DNA of 16,068 nt, taken from NCBI GenBank assembly GCA_027001995.1, contig JALTLO010000106.1:1-16068 (forward strand), in the 5' to 3' direction. This stretch comes from Planctomycetota bacterium. Lineage in GTDB: Bacteria > Planctomycetota > GCA-002687715 > DRQF01. The notes under the pieces were generated by a model. That model did no database searches and was not told the DNA's origin. It saw only the letters and a program-made list of their open reading frames with translations. A program made the translations under genes and the position numbers. This document shows positions 7,166 to 15,800 of the stretch, piece after piece. How positions within the stretch are numbered: position 1 is the first letter of the stretch; every line of letters begins with the position of its first letter.

Positions 7166-9619
7166 CTAAGGCAAGAAGATGCTGGTATCGAGATTCCAAT
7201 TAAACACCTGTGTTGCGAGACCGGACACAGTGGGGAAATCGCAGGGGAAGGGGACGAAAACGCGGTTGGCGAAATTGGCTGCATTGGCGTAGCGCTTGGG
7301 ATCATTCGCAAGTTCTGAAGGCCCCAGGGCTTCCAAGTACCATGCTTCTAACTCGTCTCCGAAAGTGACTTGGAAGATCGTATGAGCCCCAGAATCGAGA
7401 GGGTAGCTGAGTAAGGGGCCATACTGACCTAAAATACCTGCGTTTTCGACGATGGTGTCTTCAATGAAAGGAATTGTCTCGGAACCTAAAGTGAATTGAC
7501 TGATCGTGCCACCGGCGGGATAGAGAGCTTGATCGCTTGGAGAAGTGTAGGGGGTCAATGTCACGTAGTGGGCAGTGCCCCATTCTGGCACTTGGGTGGA
7601 GAACGATCCCCAGGGGTTTGGAGTCCATGGAGATGTGGGGAAAGTGACACCTGGCAGGAGAGGATTGAGGAGCTCGCCATAAGTGTTGGCAGAGCGAATG
7701 ACTGCCGCGGCCAGATTACTTCTTACGATAGCCCAATCCTGTTGCCACCAGGATTCCCAATCGGGAATCTCTTCTGGAGAGTGAAAGACCTCGTAGTGCC
7801 CGCCCACTGTTCGGCTTTGATATTTCCTTTGAGCTTCCACAAAGTAGGCGTAGATCATGTGAGAGTAGACCGGCTCGGTGTCATGGATGTCTGCCACGCG
7901 GTCCCATTGCCTCAGTTTTGTCATCATTTGCAACACTGCTGGATATTGTTCAAGAGCATATTCCAGGACGACGCCGTCGATTAAATGGGCGACTGCGTCA
8001 TACCAAATGTCTTGAATGTCCGTTGCCAATGCACGCAGCTCAGCACTGGTAAACCGTTCTTGGGCATCCAGTAGTTTTCGTCCATGCCGCTGGCGCCAAG
8101 TCTCCGGTGTGGTGAGTTGGTGAACCATGTACTCAGGATAATCGCTGAGGTCCATTTTTGTGTTGGGGCGAACCAGGTTTGCTGCCGAATTGCATTGCAA
8201 CCATTTTTGCTCGACATAAGTGGTGGGTCCTGAATTGATCAGACGCTCCCGAGGAAGATCTTGTGCCGGATGAATTCCTTGCCAGCCATAGGCGCTATTG
8301 CTGCCGTCTTGAACTTGGGCCCATGTGGTCCCGGGAGTGGGATTCTTACGGATCGGTACCCGCCCGGAATAGAGATATCCCAAATCTCCAGATGAGTCAG
8401 CCATCAAGTAGTTGCCACCCCCTAAATTCATCTTGAGGACGTCCGCTGCATCAGCAACAGAGCGGGCTTGCCCCAAACGAATCAGAAATTCCCAGGCTGA
8501 CTTGTCGGAATTCATTGCAGACCTGGCATACCAGATTTCAGTGGGGCCGGCGTTGGGGGTTGTGAGCGCCGTTGATTCTTCTCGGATGATGGGTGTGTCG
8601 AGGTCGCCAGCGTATTTCAGGGTGACGGAACGGGGCTTCACCATGTTGGTGGCGAAATCATAGACGTCAATGGTCTCTTGGACTTTAAGAATGGGGATGG
8701 GGTTTCCGTCCAAGAGGAAACTTGTACCGGAGATCGTCGTTTTTGTCTTCCATACGTCATAGTAGTCTGGGTTGTTTGACGTGAGGGCCCAGCCGAAATC
8801 GCGGTTAAAGCCAGCACCGATGCAAGGAAAAGCTGGAATACTCATGCCACAAACGCTGTATGAGCCTCCCTGGATCTGACAGAAATAGGTGCGAAGCACG
8901 GTAAACTTCTGAAATGGCAGATGAGGGTCGGATAAGAGCATGGACTTTTCTGTAGCGCTGGCGGCCGGGCCAATGGCATAGCTGTTGGATGCTGTTCGCA
9001 AATGGCTTTCCGAAGCGTTCGGGTCGTCTGCATAGGCCAAAGTGTCATTACTGGCGATGGGTTCTTGTTCGACGAAGAAGGCACCATAGGTCATAACGTC
9101 TTGAAAAGTAATCGGACGAGAGAGCAATCGTGTCAACGTGGGTAAATCAAAAGCATAAGGTTCTGTGTTATTAACCAACGCAGGTAGATTCTGCAGCCAT
9201 TCTATTCGGGAGGCATTGACTCCCGCCGTGTAGGCCAAGATCATTTGGCGGACATCATGGGGCAAGGTTGAGGCTTGGAGCATGCCTTTTTGACGTAGGC
9301 GCCATTGGAGGACCTGAGTGTCCAAATGAATGTGGAGATTGCGTCCTCCATTGATGGGTGAGCCGACACCAAAAATCGACGACAGCTTGCCAGCACCCAA
9401 GGCGAAATTGTAGGCCACGCTGGTTGGCATGTCCTTCATCTGAATGCGACCGAAACCATAGAATGCAGCCCGCGCCGTATCGGCGAATACATGAGGAGCA
9501 AACTGTTGGTCTCGATAGACATTGCTTGCCTCGAACGTCGCCGAGCCCGTGGTTTGTCCTTGGGCTAACTGGAGGGCGGATAAGCAAGTCACCACGATGA
9601 AGACATAAAATATACGCAT
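7166..9619 (-). CDS. Secreted penicillin acylase family protein (Ntn hydrolase, peptidase S45)
   Basis: Signal peptide; alpha-chain motifs YRDQQFAPHVFAD...FYGFG and AYTAGVN; beta-chain N-terminus SNSYAIGP (Ser211, nt 8989-8987); LLSDPHL; GFNRDFGWALT; NYLMADSSGDLGY...GRVP; candidate oxyanion Asn in LQCN. Confidence 0.9.
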   Translation of the reverse strand: MRIFYVFIVVTCLSALQLAQGQTTGSATFEASNVYRDQQFAPHVFADTARAAFYGFGRIQMKDMPTSVAYNFALGAGKLSSIFGVGSPINGGRNLHIHLDTQVLQWRLRQKGMLQASTLPHDVRQMILAYTAGVNASRIEWLQNLPALVNNTEPYAFDLPTLTRLLSRPITFQDVMTYGAFFVEQEPIASNDTLAYADDPNASESHLRTASNSYAIGPAASATEKSMLLSDPHLPFQKFTVLRTYFCQIQGGSYSVCGMSIPAFPCIGAGFNRDFGWALTSNNPDYYDVWKTKTTISGTSFLLDGNPIPILKVQETIDVYDFATNMVKPRSVTLKYAGDLDTPIIREESTALTTPNAGPTEIWYARSAMNSDKSAWEFLIRLGQARSVADAADVLKMNLGGGNYLMADSSGDLGYLYSGRVPIRKNPTPGTTWAQVQDGSNSAYGWQGIHPAQDLPRERLINSGPTTYVEQKWLQCNSAANLVRPNTKMDLSDYPEYMVHQLTTPETWRQRHGRKLLDAQERFTSAELRALATDIQDIWYDAVAHLIDGVVLEYALEQYPAVLQMMTKLRQWDRVADIHDTEPVYSHMIYAYFVEAQRKYQSRTVGGHYEVFHSPEEIPDWESWWQQDWAIVRSNLAAAVIRSANTYGELLNPLLPGVTFPTSPWTPNPWGSFSTQVPEWGTAHYVTLTPYTSPSDQALYPAGGTISQFTLGSETIPFIEDTIVENAGILGQYGPLLSYPLDSGAHTIFQVTFGDELEAWYLEALGPSELANDPKRYANAANFANRVFVPFPCDFPTVSGLATQVFNWNLDTSIFLP

Positions 9620-10163
9620 GGCGGATTCTCATACTCTGATATGTTGAAAACGTTCTTCAAGCGACATCGGAAGAGGGTGACTCATCGTCAGTTGCAAAGA
9701 AGCCCCTTTCCTTGAGAGCGATTGCCTTGACGCTTTGTCACGGAGAAAACAAGAAATTCTCTTCCTGAGGGAGCGTTTCTTCCCGGGTATTGTCATTGAT
9801 CCGATTTGGCAAATGCATGTTTCTACTTACGCCTTGCTGAAATCGCAGGGATCGGGGTTGTATTCTTGGGAACCTCGCTATTGGGTGCTTTTCGAAAAAC
9901 CAAGAAACTAAAGACGGCGCCATCAGCATTTTCGTGTCAGGGAGTCAGGGCAGGTTGAATGAATAGGTGCTCAAGATCCCAATTCCTGAGTGTTCTCATC
10001 TCATTCAGTAGAGATGACCTTTGCCAAATGATCTGCTGCTGAGTGCGATGTGTCAGTTTCACAACCGTGCAGGACTCCGAAGTGTGCTAAGGTCCATGTG
10101 TTGTTGAGCATACTACCCTAAAACGTCGCTCAATGTTAGGTGTCAAGCGACCTGGAGTGTGTT

Positions 10164-12374
10164 GTGATTCGCATCTGTCTTTTGTTCTTATTTCTATGCC
10201 CTCAGGTCAGTCTATCTCAGCAAGTCGTTGGCCAGCACCCCCGCATCTTCATCAACCAAGGTGAATTGAAAGACCTTGTGTCTCGTTGTCGAGGAGGTGG
10301 GAAGGATGACTATGCGCGAGTCAAGGCGGATGCTGATCGGGCTATTCGTGGCGGCATTCGATTTGTCGATAACAGATATGCCATTCCTTCAGACTTGATG
10401 AATTGTGGCCTTGCCTATTTGGTTGAGAAGGAGAAGAAACGAGACCACAAGAAATACGCTGATGCGATTATCAAGCTCTGGGGCGATGGGAGTATGATTT
10501 CCAAGAAGAAGGGTAGTCATTTTGGCTATCACGCCATCGCCTACGATTGGATCTACGATGCCTTGAGTCAATCCCAGCGTAAAACCTACGGCAACGCTCT
10601 CGGCAGCTGGTTGAAGTGGTACACCAAGCAACCAAGGATCACGCTACAGAACGGTAGTTGGTGGTATAACCAAACTTGGGGCCCGGGTCACCTCAATGTC
10701 ATGCATAGCCGAGATGCCATCACGCAGAAACTACTTGTTTCCTTGGCGATCCTCGGTGGGGGCAGTCAGTACGAAAAAGATGCCAAGTCATTTATCAAAT
10801 CTTGGGCGAGGCGGATTCCGAACGAGTGCATTCCGGCATTTGATAAGATGGGGGGCGTTTGGGCTGAGAGTTCTGGCCATGGCGGATATGGGCCAGTGTC
10901 GGTCATTCCCTATGCCTTCGCAGCTTGGAAGAGTGCAACGGGGCAGAACCTCTTCATTGCTGGAAAACCCTGGAGTTTCCTGAAAGAAGAATCGCGCTGG
11001 TTGACCTACCTGAAAGTTCCCTATGTGGATCGCCTGGCCTTTGTTGATGATAGCTCAGGATCCAAGGATGCAGGTTTTGGCTTCTGCGCCCCGATGGTCG
11101 CCAAGTCTCTTTGCGACCCCTTGGCTCAGTGGATGGCTGACCAGGCCCGCTCAGGATTTCGTTACGGCCGTGGTTTTTGGCAGCGAGTCATAGCCTATGA
11201 CCCCACAGTCAGACCTAAGTCGCCGAAGAAATTGCAAATGCCGTTGGCCTATTGCTTTCAAGGTGCTGGCCATGTCTACATGCGTTCCAAGTGGAATGAC
11301 CCCAACGCGACGTGGGCGTTCTTTGGTGTTGGTCCTCATCTTGCTGGCCATGCTCACGACGATGAAGGGCATTTCTTGATCTCGCAGCGGGGTGCCTTGG
11401 TTACTAAGGGAGGGGGCACGAGTGGGAACGATGACGATCACTACTGGGGTGGTTCACTCGTATTTAACATTGTCACCATTTTTGACCCCAAGGAAAAATT
11501 TCGGCGCAATCGGCAGAACGAAAATGACGGCGGCCTCCGTCGACATGTCTATACCAACAAGGAAGTTCAGCGGGGGCGTCTTGTTGGCTATCAACATCAA
11601 AAAGAATTTACCTATGCTGCTGGTGATATCACGGAAGGTTACCATGAAGACAAAGCTCGGGAAGTGACACGACAACTTCTGTACCTACGCGGTGACCAAG
11701 AGTTTGTCGTGGTGTTTGATCGTGTGCGGTCGACAAAATCAAGTTTTGTCAAACACTTCATGTTGCACATTCCAACCAAGCCTCAAGTCAATGGAAAGGC
11801 AAATGTGGAGGTGCCCGACCATGTCATTGCCTATCAATCAGATTCTTTGGTGGCTACTTGGTTGAGTCTCCCAGATGACTACGGATCTCAAGTTGAAGTC
11901 TTGTCCAAAGGGCGCAGTCGCATGTTCATGAAGACTGTACTTCCCAAGGGTGCCATCCTCACAGCTCGGGGAGGGGAAGGGTATGATTCTTGGGGGCATC
12001 CTCTTGAAAAGACGGCTCAATATAATCATGACCGAGCGGGAGGCAGGAAGCGAAAAAAGACCCCCGTGGCTCCTTGGAGGTTAGAGGTCGCGGCTCCTCG
12101 AAGTAAGCAGACTTACTTTCTTCATGTGTTTCAGATTGCGGATGAGCGGACGAAGAAAATGGTCCCGGTCAAAATACTCGAAAGCGGATCCCGGGTTCGA
12201 GTTCGCTTTGGTAAACCGGGGAAGGTGTGGGAGGTGACTTTCGCCGGATCTGGGAAGCTTCTGGGCTCTCTCAAGTCACCTCGAAAAAAGACCTTTAGAC
12301 TTGAACCAGCATTGAACCTCCAATCCCAATACAGATTTTGGGATGGCGTCGTCGAAAATGCCGGAGGTAAGTAG
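10164..12374 (+). CDS. Secreted heparinase II/III-like polysaccharide lyase
   Basis: GTG 10164 with GGAG 6 nt upstream gives a clean signal peptide (MIRICLLFLFLCPQVSLS). Motifs HPRIF, AIAYDWIYD, YMRSKW, GHAHDDEGHFLI, NIVTIFDPKEKF...NDGG, AAGDITEGY...KAREVTRQ and VVFDRV...FMLH match the heparinase II-type architecture. Confidence 0.8.
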   Translation: MIRICLLFLFLCPQVSLSQQVVGQHPRIFINQGELKDLVSRCRGGGKDDYARVKADADRAIRGGIRFVDNRYAIPSDLMNCGLAYLVEKEKKRDHKKYADAIIKLWGDGSMISKKKGSHFGYHAIAYDWIYDALSQSQRKTYGNALGSWLKWYTKQPRITLQNGSWWYNQTWGPGHLNVMHSRDAITQKLLVSLAILGGGSQYEKDAKSFIKSWARRIPNECIPAFDKMGGVWAESSGHGGYGPVSVIPYAFAAWKSATGQNLFIAGKPWSFLKEESRWLTYLKVPYVDRLAFVDDSSGSKDAGFGFCAPMVAKSLCDPLAQWMADQARSGFRYGRGFWQRVIAYDPTVRPKSPKKLQMPLAYCFQGAGHVYMRSKWNDPNATWAFFGVGPHLAGHAHDDEGHFLISQRGALVTKGGGTSGNDDDHYWGGSLVFNIVTIFDPKEKFRRNRQNENDGGLRRHVYTNKEVQRGRLVGYQHQKEFTYAAGDITEGYHEDKAREVTRQLLYLRGDQEFVVVFDRVRSTKSSFVKHFMLHIPTKPQVNGKANVEVPDHVIAYQSDSLVATWLSLPDDYGSQVEVLSKGRSRMFMKTVLPKGAILTARGGEGYDSWGHPLEKTAQYNHDRAGGRKRKKTPVAPWRLEVAAPRSKQTYFLHVFQIADERTKKMVPVKILESGSRVRVRFGKPGKVWEVTFAGSGKLLGSLKSPRKKTFRLEPALNLQSQYRFWDGVVENAGGK

Positions 12375-12830
12375 AGGGGTGGTTTGCGGCTATGTTCACC
12401 CAAACTGAGGAATGGGCCGACTGGATTATCGACGACAGTTGCGCCTTTTTCCTCAGCCCAATTGCAATTGCTTGATGGGAGTTTTGATGCTGGTAGGAGT
12501 CTCGCCCATATTGGGTACGACGATCTCCATTAACGCCGATCCAGCTCTCAAGATGTCCATCGGGATTCAATTGATCTAAGGGATAGTGGGGCTGGGGGAT
12601 CGGCGGACCAAATCCTATTTAACGGTTATGCGAAACCTTCGCCTGCCACTTGGAGCACCGCGGGTGGCATTCTCTGAACTTTGATCCAACCAGTGGGCCG
12701 TTTAATCTGGGTCCTTATTTCACTGTGTTGATCGGCGACTTTGTTACTCAAGCCTTTGAGAGGGTCAGTGCACCATGAAACCGCGACGAAGGCAACAAAT
12801 GAATGAATAGCAAACCATGATCTGAACCAC

Positions 12831-15800
12831 TCAGCGAGCGACTCTTAGGTCGATGCGGTGAATACGGGTTGTGGGGCCCCAGGTCATGAGACCCAAGCGA
12901 GATTTGGACAAGACGGGACGTACGTGGACATGATCGAAGACGATCTTCCCGTCGATGGTTACGGTGACCTTTGGCCCGATTCTCTCGATGACTAAGAGCC
13001 TTGTCCTGGATTCTCCGAGTTTAGGAAGATCAAGTCCTTTCGTTGCATAAAGCAGGCGATCATAGCGCTCCATGCGACCTTTGAGGTTATTTCTGCCAGA
13101 AGGGTGAAGGATAAGAGTGAGTCCTCCCAACCCATCTCGGCCCCCGTCGCCGTCAAAGCAAATGCCGATTTTTGGAGCTGCGGCTGAGGTTGACTCCAAC
13201 TCGATCTTGAGTTGAAAGTCTCGCATGTTCTTGGTCATCTTCTTTTTTAGCCAGAGAAGATTTGATGGGGAGTCTTTGGGGAAACCAGGACGCACAGTGT
13301 ATTTTCGCCAGGCAACCCGGCGACTGGTTTCGGTGCCAGCGAGTGTCTTGTTGATCACTTCGAATTGGCCTACTACCCGGTCGAACTTGCGTGCAGCGCT
13401 GCGGGAGGTGAAACGGAACTTGAGGGGCTTTTTCCACTTTGTCTCTTTGGTTTCCCTGGCTTTCACTGCTGGTTGATCGTCTGCCATGAGCAAAGGAAGA
13501 GCAGTGCCATTCGGTCTTGTGATGGCGCAGATCATCCCTGATGCTCCTCTCCGGTTCTTCACTTTGACCAAAATCTTGTTGCGGCCACGGCGCAAAGAAA
13601 CAGGGAAACGGATGGCATCGGGCAGTTTAGCAAAAGGGCCACGCCAAGCCGTTCGATCAGACCCATTGTTGCCGCGGGTGTGGTACTTACCGATCAATTC
13701 GTCGTTGACGAAGAGGGATACGTCGTCGTCGGCGCGTAAATGAAATAGGACATTCTCGGCTTTGGGCAACGACACATGAGAGAGTGCATAGATTGCCGTA
13801 TAGTCTTGATAGTTAAATTTGTATTCCAACCAGCCATGGGCCTTTTGGAGCACTGGTCCGTCTTCGGTGGGAGAAATCCACTTACAAATGTTCGAACCCG
13901 AGTTATAGGCCTTCTTGAAGTCGATTTCCCATTCCGGGGGGAACACTTGAACATCAGCATCCGCTCCTTCTCCTTTGAATGGTCCAATGACACGCCAATC
14001 AAAGAGTATGCCTAAATCTTCAGCGGCAATATTGGTGATTTCTTCCTTGTTGTCGGAGACTCGTGCCATCACTTCGATGAGGTGGCGGAAATCAAGATCT
14101 CTGGACACGGGTGAATTGGGGAATTTCTTCGGCGTGTCGTTGTCTTCGAATTCGTCGTAGGACTTCTGGGCGTGTGCTAAGTATTCTCTGCGGATAGCTT
14201 CCCGGTCACTTTCTACTAAAGGGAAACGGAATTTGATGAGATCATCAAAAATCCAGTCGCCGAATGCTGACATGAGCTCGAAGGCCACTCCCCGGACCAA
14301 TGTTTGCTCTCGCCCATCTTTAAGAGAAATGTTGCGATAGGATCGAAAGAACTTGCGGTAGGGACTCCAGTCCAATTTGCCTTTTGTCTTCTTGGCCGCC
14401 TTTTGCACGAAGTGAGTGAAGAAACCTGCGCTGGGGGCATAGTTGGGGATTCGCCAATACTCAAGATCTCGGTCAAGGTAGTCATCCTGGAATGCTTGCC
14501 TATAGCTCCTGAACCTTCTGCTAGCTTCTTGCTTTTGGCCAATCATGTGGAAGGCATAAACCGCCCCGAAGTCGGCCAAACCTTCTCGCCATCCTGCAAT
14601 GATGGGAGAGGTGTCATCGACGCAGTGACTAAACTCATGGTAGAAAAGGCCCGTATCGAGTCTTTGCTTGGAGCGATTCGGGTCGGCTCTTCCGATGTTG
14701 ATGGTCTTGCCGCCTCCGGTTCCCCCGCCGAAATCCCACAGTTCTTTGAAGTAAACGGTGACGCGGTCGCCATCTGGGTTTGGCCGCCGCCCGAAAAGAT
14801 CGGTGATCAGGATGTAAGCCACATCAAAGCGAAGAGCGGATTCGTCGCTGATCCCCGCGAGTAGTTTCTGTGGGCCAATGAGGATGAAATTCTGTGTTGA
14901 GCGGGTGGTGGTTCGGCGCCAGCACCCGTGGTTGACGGCGGCATCCACCATGGCTGATTGCTCTGGAGGGATGGACTCGAGCATAGTCTCTTTGACTTTT
15001 TCTAACTGAGCGTAAGCATCTCTTCGAATGCCTGCATTGTCGTCAAGCCGTAGCTCTCGCAGGAGATGCCTGGCGATGGCGAGGCGTTTCTTTTTGATGT
15101 AGAAGTCGGCTCTCTTGAGCAACTTCTTACCCTCTAACTTGGAAGATTCAGATCGGGCCAAAGATAGGTCGTCTTCGCTGATGGTCTCGAATATCTTACG
15201 TTTCGTTTCTTGTTTTGACTTTTCGCGTCGCTCGGCTCCTGCCAAGTCGCCCATGACAGCAGCATCGCCAGCTTCCTTGAGGCTGCCACCGATGGCGTCT
15301 AAGATTTTGATCGAGGCGTGATACTTTTTGCGGTCAAAGAAACGACCAGCGATTTGCCGCAGATAACGGGTTTTTTCGTTGGCGATTCTGGTGGCGACGA
15401 TTTGTTTTTCGACGCCATTGATGGGGCGGGGGGCGAGTTTCTTAAATGAAAGAAGTGCTCGGAGGAAGTTGCGCTTCCAGGTGTCGGTCCTTGCTCGACG
15501 CATGCCCAACTCAAGAACATCCCAAGCCGCAACCGTGTTGCCAGACTTGTGAAGCCTCAAACCACGATCAAGAAGCGCTTGGCTGTCTTCCTCGCCGTCT
15601 AAAGCACCGATGACAGGGGCGTTCATGAAACCTGCGGTTTGAAAAACGTCACGGCCACCAGAGGCTCCCAAGACGGGGATGTACTTTCGGCTTCTCGGGT
15701 CTTGGAAACAAACGTGGAAAGTTATGGTGTCGGCGCTGCCCAACTTGGCTTCCATGGGAAAGAGAGTTGGCAGCGTGTATTGGATAATCTCGCCTTTTTT

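Noticed and set aside
2219..9619. Apparent amide-chemistry theme (GatA amidase, ComF annotated as amidophosphoribosyltransferase, Ntn acylase)
   Set aside because: GatCAB is canonical housekeeping, ComF lacks a glutaminase domain, and the acylase is exported and convergent; no shared pathway is supported.
9738..9929. 63-aa - strand ORF upstream of the acylase
   Set aside because: No SD, motif or compositional support.
12295..12570. 91-aa - strand ORF in the lyase/peptidase gap
   Set aside because: TTG start, 80-nt overlap with the lyase 3' end, and no recognisable motif.
14703..14726. GGTGGGKT matches the Walker A pattern GxxxxGKT in the large protein
   Set aside because: It lies about 20 residues before HExxH, where gluzincins have a Gly-rich edge strand. 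There is no Walker B or P-loop fold context, and the protein appears to be secreted.
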